DNA of 64,000 bases from Macrostomum hystrix (lineage: Eukaryota > Animalia > Platyhelminthes): assembly GCA_950097015.1 (NCBI GenBank), contig CATNEN010000030.1, positions 1,736,001 through 1,800,000 on the forward strand, written 5' to 3'. Every line of letters starts with the position of its first letter. The first letter of the stretch is position 1. The notes beneath the pieces are model-generated. The model saw only the letters and a program-made list of their open reading frames with translations. It made no database searches and was not told where the DNA came from. The translations under genes and the position numbers were made by a program. Positions 33,957 through 47,132 of the stretch are shown in pieces.

Positions 33957-34956
33957 CAAATGCTATATGCAAATTATTCATCTGCTTATGAATTTCATTT
34001 GCCTATAAAAAATCATCTTGTCTGTTGGCAAAGAGAAGAAGATAAAGAGACTGGAACCCCTTTACTTTGATGTTTTCAGTAAGTGCAAGTGGTCTTGGCA
34101 TAGCCTAGGCCCTAAATTTTTAGTTAGGGCCTATTAAAATGTAAGCCAAAAATCTACTTGGCTCCAAAAAATGTACATATTTATTAGGCATGGCAAATAA
34201 ATTGCTAAAATTTTATTATTAAAATGGCAATCACTTAAAAGCAATTAATAATATATATATATATAACTATATTTGATAGTCCTAGCAAATGCTAACTATA
34301 TAATTACAGAGTCCCATACAAAACAAAACTAGGCATATAGCTAAGTATACATAAGCCTCATGCACTGTCCTGTGTAGGAATGGATGAAAAGCAGTTTTTT
34401 ACTTTAATAGATCTAAAAACAAAGAAAGTTAGCATTGCCTAGAGCTTTAGCTAAATGTTGATGTATTTATTAAGGCCAGGTTGCCTAACTATCACGGTTA
34501 TCAATATTGTTTATTTTTTTGCCACTTTTCTACGAAAGTTTCATATTTTGAGTATCTTTTTATAAACAAAAAATGGATTAATACAAGACACAGATAAATA
34601 AAAATAGTTGCAATAAAACTTATTTGTGCTATTTCATTATTCATTTGAAATATTGAAATGATATTTGAATAAATAAAGACAGACTTATTGGATTATTCGA
34701 GGCCTTGAAACCAAGTTCATTTTTAATCTAAACTTGACATTTTCACTACATATCGTTGAAGAGATTATGATATGACTTGTCCTAAGTAATGTGCAATTTG
34801 TTGTAAATAAGTTCTCGACAGAGTCACAGAGACGGAAAGAATCAGCCGAAAATTTAAGTCCCGAGGCTATTTTCATTCTTTGCATAACTAAAACATTTGT
34901 AAGTCCTACAGCAGTTTCCGTTTACGTTTTTTCTATTGCGTTCAAAAAGTTATGGG

Positions 34957-35028
34957 TGGAGGAGCCGGGGTTCGAACCCGGGACTTTTCACATGCAAAGC
35001 GAACGCTCTACCTCTGAGCTACACCCCC
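34957..35028 (-). tRNA. tRNA-Ala(TGC)
   Basis: GGGGGTGTAGCTCAGAGGTAGAGCGTTCGCTTTGCATGTGAAAAGTCCCGGGTTCGAACCCCGGCTCCTCCA: G3:U70 Ala identity pair, TGC anticodon, TTTTT terminator; one U-U mismatch in the acceptor stem. Confidence 0.93.
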
Positions 35029-35408
35029 TTGAAAGTTAGAGTCACATTTTGTCTATTTGAAGCTGATTTGATCGTATTGCCGCACATCCTATTGGTAAAA
35101 CCCTGATAATCGAGCTAAGTACATGACGGAAAAAATGTTTTGCTTGGTCCTCTTTTTACTGTCCTGTAGAGGATCAGAACTCTAGCATATATTTGTGGGT
35201 AGCTCTCTAGCTTGCGAGCAGAAAGTTAAACAACAAAACTCGCGCGACAAGTGCCTTCATCTAAGTCGCAACTGTGCGTCAGACTAAGGACCATAGACGA
35301 TAACTAAGCCAACAAGGGTTTGGGGAAACGATGGTCAAGTGGCCTGGCAAAGTACTGGCCGAAATCTTCGCTTTTAGGTCCGTTACATCACCCTCCCCCA
35401 GCACGGCG

Positions 35409-38400
35409 CTACGATGAGAAGTGCGTCGGGCGACAACGACGGGGCGGCAGGAAACGGCGGTCCGCCGGTTCGCCTGTCGCCAGGTGGGTCCTTGGCGGTC
35501 TGGCAAACGGGTGGTGCTCCGTAGTGGTCTCCGTCCCCGGGTCAGGTAGAGGGTGCGTTGACGGAACGGACGAGCGGGTGGGTCGACCTCTGCGCCGGAT
35601 GTCCGGCGGTGGGACGGGATCGGACGGGTCTAGGACCGCTGGCTTTAGCCGGTCCACGGAAACATGGTCCTGACGCGTGCCGAGATCGAGAAGGAAAGTC
35701 TTGGTGTAGCGCTGAAGGACTCGGAAAGGTCCGGTGTATGGTTTCTGGAACGGCGCGCGGTAGCCATCCCGGCGGATGAACACAAAGGGGCATGTAGCCA
35801 GGGCGCCCAACTCCGATGTCTGTCGGTTGCCATGTGGGACGGTCGGCTGAGGACGGAAAGCTTGAATGGCGGCGCGCAGGTTGGTGAGGAACGTGCTGTG
35901 CAGTGCTGTAGGTGGGCCAACCTGTATGCACTCGCCAGGCAAAAGCAACGGGGCGCCATACACCAACTCGTCCGTCCAGTTCGGACTGGAAAGGCGTGCC
36001 ATGAGTGACACTTTGAGCTGGCGATGGAAACGCTCGACTAAACCGTTGGACTGCGGGTGAAACGCTGTGGTGTGATGCACGTGCATGCCGAGCAGTTTGG
36101 AAACGGCGGTCCACAGTTCGGAGGTAAAATTCGGGCCCCTGTCGGTGGTGATGTCACTGGGGACTCCGAATCGAGCGATCCAGGTAGAAATGAAAACGGA
36201 TGCACAGGCGCTGGCGGACGTGTCAGTGATGGGTATCGCCTCAGGCCAGCGCGTAAAACGGTCGACCATCGTCAGCAGGTGCGCGAACCCGTGGGACTGC
36301 GGCAGGGGACCAACAAGGTCGATGTGGACGTGGGCGAAACGGCTGGTCGGTACCGGGATGATGTCCGGCGTTGTCGTGTTATGCCGATGGACCTTGGCTT
36401 GTTGGCACGGAAGGCAACAGCGAGCCCACTGGCTCACGTCTCGGTTGAGACCGGGCCAGACTAATTTAGCTGCGATGAGGCGACGAGTGCTGCGGATGGA
36501 GGGATGGGCTAATCCGTGGACCGCATCGAAAACGGCACGACGGAAACTCACTGGCACCAACGGGCGCTTGCGCCCGGTCGACATGTCACAAAGCAATTCC
36601 AAATCAGGATACATGGTGACGAGCTCGAGCTTGAGACTGGGAGTCGCCGTCGGCATTACCAGCTGGTGCTGCTCTTTCGCCAATGCCGCATAGTCCACTC
36701 CTGGCAACAATGTGTGCACACTTGCTACTGTGCAACGGGATAGAGCGTCTGCAACTGAGTTGTCCTTACCGGCGACGTGTCGAATGTCCGTGCTGAACTC
36801 CGACACTGACGCTAGATGCCGCTGTTGTCGTGCGGACCAAGGATCCGATAACTTGGACATCGCGGATGTCAGCGGCTTGTGATCCGTGTAGATTGTGAAA
36901 ACGCGTCCTTCGAGGAAATAACGGAAGTGCCGTGTGGCCAAATATAGCGCCAGTAACTCCCGGTCGAACGCGCTGTATTTCTGTTCCGCGGGACGCAATT
37001 GTCGGCTGAAAAAGGCGAGTGGTTGCCACCCGCCAGCAATTCGCTGTTCCAAGACCGCGCCAACGGCCGTGTCCGAGGCGTCGACGTTCAGGGCCGTCTG
37101 CGCAGTGGGCCTAAGGTGTGCCAGTAAAGTGGACTGAGCTAGGGCCTGTTTGGTTGCGGTGAAAGCATCGAGTAGACTGGGCGTCCACTGCACAAGTCGG
37201 CTCTTACTGGCAATGGCGGCGTAAATGGGGCGTAGCAACTGGGCGGCATGTGGAACAAATCGGTGGTAGAAGTTCACCATACCGGCGAATTCTTGCAAGC
37301 CTTTGATTGTGGTCGGAGGTGTAAACTTGACGACCGCATCGACCTTGTCTGGCAGAGGCCAGGCGCCGCTTTGATTGATTCTGTGGCCCAAGAAATCGAT
37401 CTCGGTACGTCCGAACTGGCATTTGGCCGGATTCAACAGCAGACCGTTGTCCACTAGGCGGCGGAACAAGGTGCGCAGGTGCTCAACGTGCTGCGTTTGG
37501 TCGCTGCTGGCCACAAGGAAATCGTCCAAGTAGGCGAAAACGAAAGGCAAATCCTGGCTGATAGAGTCCACGAGTCGCTGGAATGTCTGTGCAGCGTTCT
37601 TGAGTCCGAAGGGCATGCGGAGGAACTCAAAGAGTCCAAACGGTGTGATGATGGCCGTTTTAGGGATGTCAATTTCCGCCACTGGTATCTGGTGGTAGAC
37701 TCGGACCAGGTCAATCTTTGAGAAAATGGTACTGCCGGCCAGGTGTGCGGAAAAATTCCTGAATGTTCGGTACCGGGTAACGATCGGGTACAGTGGCGCC
37801 ATTGAGCCGTCGGAAATCGCCGCAGGGACGCCAGCCTCCAGACGACTTCGGCACCATGTGGAGCGGTGATGACCAGGGGCTGTCGGACCGAAGAATGATG
37901 CCGAGCTGTTCCAGGGTACGGAATTCCGCTTTAGCTATGGCCAACTTGTCGGGTGCTAGGCGGCGTGCGCGGGCATGGGTTTGGGGGCCTTGCGTCTGAA
38001 TGAAATGTTCGACGCCGTGGCGTGGTTGTGCCCGTTGAAAACTCGGCTCCGTGGGCGACGGAAATTCCGCCAGCAACGTACTGTACGGGTCGCGCGCGAC
38101 GGCGGCCGCCAGCCGAGGTGCTGTGCCGCAACTGAGGAGCAGATGTGTGCTGGCCAGTGAGTGGGAGTCCAGCAGGCGGCGGTTAGGTAAGTCGACCAAC
38201 AGACCGTGGTGTAACAGGAAATCGGCGCCGATGAGGGGGCGCGACACTTCGGCAAGAATGAAAGGCCAGGTGCAGGTTCGAGCGCCAAGGTCGAGAGTGA
38301 TGGTGCGACTGCCAAATGTACGGATCGGGCTGCCGTTGGCGGCGAGGAGCGGTGGCCCAGGGGTGATTGTACGCGCATCGACCCCGGATGCAGGAAAAAG

Positions 38401-38523
38401 ACTCACTTCTGCACCGGTATCCACTAGAAAACGCCGACCTGTGTGTATGTCCGGGATAAGCAAAAGATTGTTGTTCTCGCCGGTCGTCGAGGTGTTTATT
38501 GACGACCGGCCTGGCCGTTTCCC
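35409..38523 (-). pseudogene. pol: Retrotransposon pol (protease, RT, RNase H, integrase), frameshifted near 37770
   Basis: [10 protein letters not shown] (PR), [10 protein letters not shown] and FAYLDDFL (RT), [12 protein letters not shown] and [10 protein letters not shown] (RH), H..AH..C..C zinc finger, HIDLVGP/TTDRG/NGLVER (IN). Confidence 0.95.
38479..38523 (-). promoter_or_regulatory. Programmed -1 ribosomal frameshift signal (gag/pol)
   Basis: Slippery heptamer G GGA AAC (38523-38517) in the gag frame, 6-nt spacer, then a perfect 10-bp stem GCCGGTCGTC / GACGACCGGC with a 12-nt loop; the -1 frame is the protease ORF. Confidence 0.88.
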
Positions 38524-39169
38524 TGGAACTTGCAGGGTGGCTCGCAACGGCGGGCCTTGGCACCGAACTTGCGATGGAAGAAACACAAGTCGTGTTGCTC
38601 GTCAGAGGGTGGATGTCGGATGGGTCGACGTCTGTCGTCGCGGCGGTGTTGCGCGGCAGCGACTAAGGGCAGTTGTTCAGCCAGCTGGGCGGTGGCGATC
38701 ACCGGCTGGGGGCGGCAGGCCCACAGCTCGTCGGCACGTTGTGCGACCGCCCTTGGATCGGCGAAATCGGCGGACACCAGCGCCAAGCGGATGTCGCTTG
38801 GAAGCTGTTGGCGGAACAACTCCTCAAACAGCAAGCAGGGCCGGTGGTCGCCGAGCAAAGCGAGCATTTCGTCCATGAGCAGGGACGGTTTCCTGTCGCC
38901 CAACCCCGACATGCTCAATAACTGGCTGGCACGCTGCTGTCGTGAAAGGCTGTAGGTGTTGAGAAGGCGGGCCTTTAGCTTTTCGTATTTCTGGGCATCG
39001 GGGCGTTCTCGAGCACATCTAGGAGACGCTCTGCTGTCTGCTGGTCCAATGCCGCCACTAGATGGCAGTACTAAGTCGTATCTAACTGCGCCTCGGCTTG
39101 GATGAACCAGGCGCGTGGTTGTGAAGTCCAAAACGCTGGAAGCTTCACGGTGACAGCAGATTCGGTCAT
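38496..39169 (-). pseudogene. gag: Retrotransposon gag (disrupted)
   Basis: ATG 39169: MTESAVTVKLPAFWTSQPRAWFIQAEAQ, then an in-frame TAG, an apparent deletion and a frameshift, before KYEKLKARLL...CHCC. Confidence 0.9.
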
Positions 39170-39579
39170 CCTCAAGCAGTCGGTTGAGGACGTCGGGCTC
39201 ACCAATGTAGAGGATCAGAACTCTAGCATATATTTGTGGGTAGCTCTATAGCTTGCGAGCAGAAAGTTAAACAACAAAACATGCGCGACAAGTGCCTTCA
39301 TCTAAGTCGCAACTGTGCGTCAGACTAAGGACCATAGACGATAACTAAGCCAACAAGGGTTTGGGGAAACGATGGTCAAGTGGCCTGGCAAAGTACTGGC
39401 CGAAATCTTCGCTTTTAGGTCCGCTACAGTCCTATTAGCTCTCTTCCGAGTAGGCTTCGCTTTGAAGGCGAAGTACAGGGCACTTTAAATAGGACTTTTA
39501 AAAGCTCCATACAATAATGCAATGTAAGCCTTATTAAATAAGGCACTGATTACTCATTTTTCATTGAGACGCAAAACTG

Positions 39580-39843
39580 CCACTGTAGAGTCGGCCATGC
39601 TCCAGTCATCAGGTTAGAGTGTACATCTTGCCATGACTTTTATCATCCTTAGGCAGTGTACACTCTCACTGCCTTAGAGGTTTGCCCTCAAGGGCGTAAA
39701 TTGCAAGACAAGCCCCTTGCCCTCTCGTGGCTGCGCCCCAAATGAATGTAGCAATGTAGAATGTAGAATGTAGCCGCGGAATCGAGCTCAGGCACCTTGG
39801 TGCGAGAGGCAAAGACGTTAGACCACTCTGCCACTCACCCCTG
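39580..39843 (-). mobile_element. tRNA-derived SINE family B
   Basis: GGGTGAGTGGCAGAGTGG head, GAGCTCGATTCC, body TTTACGCCCTTGAGGGC. Confidence 0.75.
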
Positions 39844-40230
39844 CCCACGTACTCACCTGCTTAAACCCGAACCCGCACGTGGACTGATCCTGTGTGTTAC
39901 AGTGTCCTTCCTTGTAAAATATCCACCGACATTTCTAGCTAGTAAGGAAGATGTGCGAAACATCATGCAAGGAGCAATCTACTACGGAACTTACTTCACC
40001 CGACCTTAATTAGACAGTACTTTCTACCTGGCATTCTTTACAAACGAATTGCATAGCAAGGTGTGCAAGTGTTACGATATGCTGACACAATTATGAATGA
40101 TATGACATAACGCGAATTAAAGTTTATGTCAAGAAATAAGAGCAAAGACTCGAGCATAAATCATTTTGGTGCGGTGATGATTAAATTGTGAATCTCCTTA
40201 TGATACGATATCTAAACAGACCATCTCGAA

Positions 40231-41242
40231 TGATTCTGAATGAGAACCGATGGGTATCATTGATGATTCTGATTGAGAACCGATGGGTATCATTGATGAT
40301 TCTGATTGTGAACCGGTGGGTATCATTGATGATTCTGATTGAGAACAGATGGGTATCATTGATGATTCTGATTGAGAACAGATGGGTATCATTGATGATT
40401 CTGATTGTGAACCGGTGGGTATCATTGATGATTCTGATTGAGAACAGATGGGTATCATTGATGATTCTGATTGTGAACCGGTGGGTATCATTGATGATTC
40501 TGATTGTGAACCGGTGGGTATCATTGATGATTCTGATTGTGAACCGGTGGGTATCATTGATGATTCTGATTGAGAACAGATGGGTATCATTGATGATTCT
40601 GATTGAGAACAGATGGGTATCATTGATTATTCTGATTGTGAACCGGTGGGTATCATTGATGATTCTGATTGTGAACCGGTGGGTATCATTGATGATTCTG
40701 ATTGTGAACCGGTGGGTATCATTGATGATTCTGATTGAGAACAGATGGGTATCATTGATGATTCTGATTGAGAACAGATGGGTATCATTGATTATTCTGA
40801 TTGTGAACCGGTGGGTATCATTGATGATTCTGATTGTGAACCGGTGGGTATCATTGATGATTCTGATTGAGAACAGATGGGTATCATTGATTATTCTGAT
40901 TGTGAACCGGTGGGTATCATTGATGATTCTGATTGAGAACAGATGGGTATCATTGATGATTCTGAATGTGAACTGGTGGGTATCATTGATGATTCTGATT
41001 GAGAACAGATGGGTATCATTGATGATTCTGATTGTGAACCGGTGGGTATCATTGATGATTCTGATTGAGAACAGATGGGTATCATTGATTATTCTGATTG
41101 TGAACCGGTGGGTATCATTGATGATTCTGATTGAGAACAGATGGGTATCATTGATGATTCTGATTGTGAACCGGTGGGTATCATTGATGATTCTGATTGT
41201 GAACCGGTGGGTATCATTGATGATTCTGATTGAGAACAGATG
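40231..41242. repeat. 33-bp minisatellite (about 31 copies) with two interspersed variants
   Basis: GATTCTGATT-[GAGAACAGAT or GTGAACCGGT]-GGGTATCATTGAT. Confidence 0.97.
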
Positions 41243-43401
41243 AGTGTCACGGAGTGAATTCAGATTTTTTACTAGACGAGTCTCGTTCATTTTCTGATTT
41301 TGATCCGACGCGTATTTTCATATTACTTGAAATGAGTCTTACATTAAAGACTCATTAAAATTCGTCTTGCCTTCCACAATAACTCCTACAGATAGTGCAA
41401 CGCACAATAACTACTCAACAGAACTGAACCTGATGCGCTCGCTCGCCACTGCTATCGTTTGTTGCTGGCGATCTTCTTCACTATCTGAGATTCTGTATCA
41501 CGTTTGTGCCCTATGGTACATTGTATGTCTTCAGCCGAATCTTTTAAACTCACTAAATCGTTGCCGACAAACTCTGTACACTTTCCTAGCGGCCTGTAAT
41601 TCAATTGTGTTCTTCTGTACACTTTTATTTCTATCAAGCCTTAAGATGAAGGCTGCCTCCCAGACCGACAGTGTGGCCATGTGCACTTGTTGACAAATAG
41701 TATCTTCATGACTCCACCTGCCGACCATTCTTACCTGCCTCCTCGACATTTTCTTGCTCAGTACGTAGCCATTGTGTCATTTCAAAACTTGAAGACATTG
41801 TCTATACTCCTAACCCTCCATAGATCGTGTCTCCCAGCTGCAAGTCATTATTGTTTGCAACTGCGGTCTGTGTTATTGTTTGTCTGTATCTGACCCCCTC
41901 CGCCACAATGCTCCACCCAACTCTCCCTCTGATGAGAAATTGCTTGACTTCGCACATCTATGCATCTGGCATTGCATGAACTCGGCAGTATTTTCTGTGG
42001 GTTTGTCATTTCATAGCCTTCTAAACTTCTTTGCCTCATCTGTGTCCTTTCAATGTAAGCCTTATCACGCAATTCTGGCATGGCCAGGTGTATGGAGGGC
42101 TCCCGCAGAGCATTCTGTGAGCTCAGCGAACCGGCCTCCTCCCCGCCACCAATAAAATTTGAGCAGAGTCGAAAACAGAGGCCTGTTTTTGGCGCACTTG
42201 CTTATCAGGGGCACGAGAGAGAGGGTGTCAGAAGCTAGCTATATTAAAGCCTGCTGGAGCGGCCAGCTGCGGACTGAGACAGCTATCAGCTACCTGCTCG
42301 AATATTCACGAATCAGATTTGCACGACTCAGATTTGCTGACTGTTCAAAAGCATAACCGCAGTCTGCTGATAATAACAGGCAGGCTGTTAGAGTTCTAGA
42401 GACAGCAGCAAGAGCGGATTTTTAAGTCGAAACTAATTAGTGATTTCGAGTTTGTTGTTAGGTACGATTAACTCCTCATCGCCCACTGAGAGTGCATATC
42501 AGGCTTTTTTGAGGTAAGAATCATCGGCTAGTTTTATTGACTATCTCAAGTAATTATTGATTGCCTACATGCCTGTACGAGGATGAAAATGATTAATCCT
42601 CATGAAATTTGAAAGCAGGGGTGACCGATTGTCCCACCCCTGTGAAATGTATTTCCTCTGTAAAATACGTACGACGGCCTCATTAACTAGTCGGCTTCAA
42701 ACTGCACTCCCTTACCCACATGAAACTTTTTTGTGCTGGCCTTATCTCACTCTGTGCCGGAGATTTTACGAGCCAGCTGGCGTATATGCTTTGGAAGAGA
42801 TTAAGACTTGCCATGCAGGCTGTTCGCTTTGAAGTTTCTAGATAAGAAGCGACCATGGAAAACTGCAACGAACCGATCTCAAACCTTGGTACGGAAGAAG
42901 CCTAAAGGCTTTAGCCTCTTTCAGAGCATTGCTTATCTCGCTCTGGGACCAATCGTAACGATCTTGGCCTTCTCCGCTTACAAGCGATTTGTATTTTTTG
43001 TTTTGAACAGCATATTGTAGTATTTTATTGTCAAAACATTATCAGGCTACTATGAGTAGGGGCATGAATATTTCGTTGAAAAAAGAATATTTTGTAGCCT
43101 GGCTAATCTATAACCCCCGCCATTGTCATCGACTTGGCAGGTGGTAGCACAGCTTCTAATTACCAGAAGAAAGCGACTTGTTCCAGGTGGCAGGGCTGCA
43201 GTTGCACGATATTCACACATTTCTGAGCACCTTTGTGACTGATGTTTTGGGCAGCTGGTCGCTTCGCTTGATCTGAGAAGGACGAGTTGCACGATTCTAT
43301 CGACCACTTCGGATTCTATATAAGATGCAATACCAAAGGCTTCACTTCTATGTCCGTTCGTCTATATTTGTGTGTCATCTAGTGATCATCTAGCCAATGT
43401 C

Positions 43402-46400
43402 CACTATAGTCTAGACTTTCATATAAATAGCCTACACTTCCATATTCACTAGTCTAGACTTCTATGTTCACTAGTCTAGACTTCTATGTTCACTAGTCTA
43501 GACTTCTATGTTCACTAGTCTAGACTTCTATGTTCACTAGTCTAGACTTCCATATTCACTAGTCTAGACTTCTATGTTCACTAGTCTAGACTTCTATGTT
43601 CACTAGTCTAGACTTCTATGTTCACTAGTCTAGACTTCTATGTTCACTAGTCTAGACTTTCATATAAATAGCCTACACTTCCATATTCACTAGTGTAGAC
43701 TTCTATGTTCACTAGTCTAGACTTCTATGTTCACTAGTCTAGACTTCCATATTCACTAGTCTAGACTTCTATGTTCACTAGTCTAGACTTCTATGTTCAC
43801 TAGTCTAGACTTCTATGTTCACTAGTCTAGACTTCTATGTTCACTAGTCTAGACTTTTATGTTCACTAGTCTAGACTTCCATATTCACTAGTCTAGACTT
43901 CCATATTCACTAGTCTAGACTTCTATGTTCACTAGTCTAGACTTCTATGTTCACTAGTCTAGACTTTTATGTTCACTAGTCTAGACTTCTATGTTCACTA
44001 GTCTAGACTTCCATATTCACTAGTCTAGACTTCTATGTTCACTAGTCTAGACTTTTATGTTCACTAGTCTAGACTTCTATGTTCACTAGTCTAGACTTCC
44101 TAATTTCACTAGTCTAGACTTCTATGTTCACTAGTCTAGACTTCTATGTTCACTAGTTAGACTTCTATGTTCACTAGTCTAGACTTCTATGTTCACTAGT
44201 CTAGACTTCCATATTCACTAGTCTAGACTTCTATGTTCACTAGTCTAGACTTCTATGTTCACTAGTCTAGACTTCTATGTTCACTAGTCTAGACTTCTAT
44301 GTTCACTAGTCTAGACTTCTATGTTCACTAGTCTAGACTTCTATGTTCACTAGTCTAGACTTCCATATTCACTAGTCTAGACTTCTATGTTCACTAGTCT
44401 AGACTTCTATGTTCACTAGTCTAGACTTCCATATTCACTAGTCTAGACTTCTATGTTCACTAGTCTAGACTTCTATGTTCACTAGTCTAGACTTCTATGT
44501 TCACTAGTCTAGACTTCTATGTTCACTAGTCTAGACTTCTATGTTCACTAGTCTAGACTTCTATGTTCACTAGTCTAGACTTCTATGTTCACTAGTCTAG
44601 ACTTCTATGTTCACTAGTCTAAGACTTCATGTTCACTAGTCTAGACTTCCATATTCACTAGTCTAGACTTCTATGTTCACTAGTCTAGACTTCTATGTTC
44701 ACTAGTCTAGACTTCTATGTTCACTAGTCTAGACTTCCATATTCACTAGTCTAGACTTCTATGTTCACTAGTCTAGACTTCTATGTTCACTAGTCTAGAC
44801 TTCCATATTCACTAGTCTAGACTTCTATGTTCACTAGTCTTAGACTTCTATGTTCACTAGTCTAGACTTCTATGTTCACTAGTCTAGACTTCCATATTCA
44901 CTAGTCTAGACTTCTATGTTCACTAGTCTAGACTTCTATGTTCACTAGTCTAGACTTCCATATTCACTAGTCTAGACTTCTATGTTCACTAGTCTAGACT
45001 TCTATGTTCACTAGTCTAGACTTCTATGTTCACTAGTCTAGACTTCTATGTTCACTAGTCTAGACTTCTAGTTCACTAGTCAAGACTTACATTTCCAACA
45101 TAGTCTAGACTTCCATATTCACTAGTCTAGACTTCTATGTTCACTATTCTAGACTTCTATGTTCACTAGTCTAGACTTCTATGTTCACTAGTCTAGACTT
45201 CTATGTTCACTAGTCTAGACTTCTATGTTCACTAGTCTAGACTTCTATTTTCACTAGTCAAGACTTACATTTCCAACATACGAGGTAGTATAGAATTCCA
45301 TATTCACTAGTCTAGACTTCTATGTTCACTAGTCTAGACTTCTATGTTCACTAGTCTAGACTTTTATGTTCACTAGTCAAGACTTCCATATTCACTAGTC
45401 TAGACTTCTATGTTCACTAGTCTAGACTTCCATATTCACTAGTCTAGACTTCTATGTTCACTAGTCTAGACTTCTATGTTCACTAGTCTAGACTTCTATG
45501 TTCACTAGTCTAGACTTCTATGTTCACTAGTCTAGACTTCTATGTTCACTAGTCTAGACTTCTATGTTCACTAGTCTAGACTTCTAGTTCACTAGTCAAG
45601 ACTTACATTTCCAACATAGTCTAGACTTCCATATTCACTAGTCTAGACTTCTATGTTCACTATTCTAGACTTCTATGTTCACTAGTCTAGACTTCTATGT
45701 TCACTAGTCTAGACTTCTATGTTCACTAGTCTAGACTTCTATGTTCACTAGTCTAGACTTCTATTTTCACTAGTCAAGACTTACATTTCCAACATACGAG
45801 GTAGTATAGAATTCCATATTCACTAGTCTAGACTTCTATGTTCACTAGTCTAGACTTCTATGTTCACTAGTCTAGACTTTTATGTTCACTAGTCAAGACT
45901 TCCATATTCACTAGTCTAGACTTCTATGTTCACTAGTCTAGACTTCTATGTTCACTAGTCTAGACTTCCATATTCACTAGTCTAGACTTCTATGTTCACT
46001 AGACTTCTATGTTCACTAGTCTAGACTTTTATGTTCACTAGTCAAGACTTCCATATTCACTAGTCTAGACTTCTATGTTCACTAGTCTAGACTTCTATGT
46101 TCACTAGTCTAGACTTCCATATTCACTAGTCTAGACTTCTATGTTCACTAGTCTAGACTTCCATATTCACTAGTCTAGACTTCTATGTTCACTAGTCTAG
46201 ACTTCTATGTTCACTAGTCTAGACTTCTATGTTCACTAGTCTAGACTTCTATTTTCACTAGTCAAGACTTCCATATTCACTAGTCTAGACTTCCATATTC
46301 ACTAGTCTAGACTTCTATGTTCACTAGTCTAGACTTCTATGTTCACTAGTCTAGACTTCTATGTTCACTAGTCAAGACTTCCATATTCACTAGTCTAGAC

Positions 46401-46883
46401 TTCTATGTTCACTATTCTAGACTTCTATGTTCACTAGTCTAGACTTCTATGTTCACTAGTCTAGACTTCCATATTCACTAGTCTAGACTTCTATGTTCAC
46501 TAGTCTAGACTTCATATTCACTAGTCTAGACTTCTATGTTCACTAGTCTAGACTTCTATGTTCACTAGTCTAGACTTCTATGTTCACTAGTCTAGACTTC
46601 CATATTCACTAGTCTAGACTTCTATGTTCACTAGTCTAGACTTCTATGTTCACTAGTCTAGACTTCTATGTTCACTAGTCTAGACTTCTATGTTCACTAG
46701 TCTAGACTTCCTATGTTCACTAGTCTAGACTTCTATGTTCACTAGTCTAGACTTCTATGTTCACTAGTCTAGACTTCTATATTCACTAGTCTAGACTTCT
46801 ATGTTCACTAGTCTAGACTTCTATGTTCACTAGTCTAGACTTCTATGTTCACTAGTCTAGACTTCTATGTTCACTAGTCTAGA
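43402..46883. repeat. 22-bp palindromic satellite (about 3.5 kb, about 155 copies)
   Basis: Unit AGTCTAGACTTCTATGTTCACT containing the palindrome AGTCTAGACT; a 516-bp higher-order duplication (landmarks 45081/45597 and 45259/45775). Confidence 0.98.
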
Positions 46884-47132
46884 GTTTTATTTTTTATTCT
46901 ATACTTTTCCATGCTTTATACAAAGGCTTGTAATGTCTCAACAGGCTATTATGAATTCTTGCCCGAATATCAGTGTCAAGTAATGCCTATATTTCTCGGA
47001 AAATTTTTAAGATGTTTTTTCGTTTTCTACAACTATCGCATTATACTACTGAGTTTTTCTGTGAGTAGCATAGTTGTAATAAGCGCAATTCATCCACCGC
47101 CTTGCAGCCATCTCTTCTGCAATAGCCACGCC

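Larger units (their letters stand above)
35165..39428 (-). mobile_element. Full-length Ty3/gypsy LTR retrotransposon, CsRn1-like, with disabling lesions
   Basis: 223-bp TG...CA LTRs at 35165-35387 and 39206-39428 (4 substitutions); 4-bp TSD GTCC; PBS TGGTGAGCCCGACG (tRNA-Trp-like); PPT GGGGAGGGTGA; Gag CHCC motif [18 protein letters not shown]; domain order PR-RT-RH-IN. Confidence 0.97.

Noticed and set aside
35542-38955. Many 100-290 aa antisense or alternative-frame ORFs inside the retrotransposon
   Set aside because: Expected shadows of a GC-rich gag-pol; no independent motifs and no env-like ORF.
40181-41290. Overlapping 369-aa and 351-aa repeat ORFs on both strands
   Set aside because: Artefact of the 33-bp unit being open in several frames.
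41300-42100. Possible decayed non-LTR retrotransposon ORF on the minus strand
   Set aside because: No diagnostic endonuclease or RT motif could be read through the stops.
42720-42845. 41-aa ORF faintly resembling Mpv17/PMP22 (AGDFTSQL)
   Set aside because: Too short, with no further motifs or supporting exons.
46911-47132. 74-aa N-terminal extension of Na/K beta copy A in the ORF track
   Set aside because: AT-rich and unlike the codon usage of the gene; the family N-terminus and a strong-context ATG begin at 47133.
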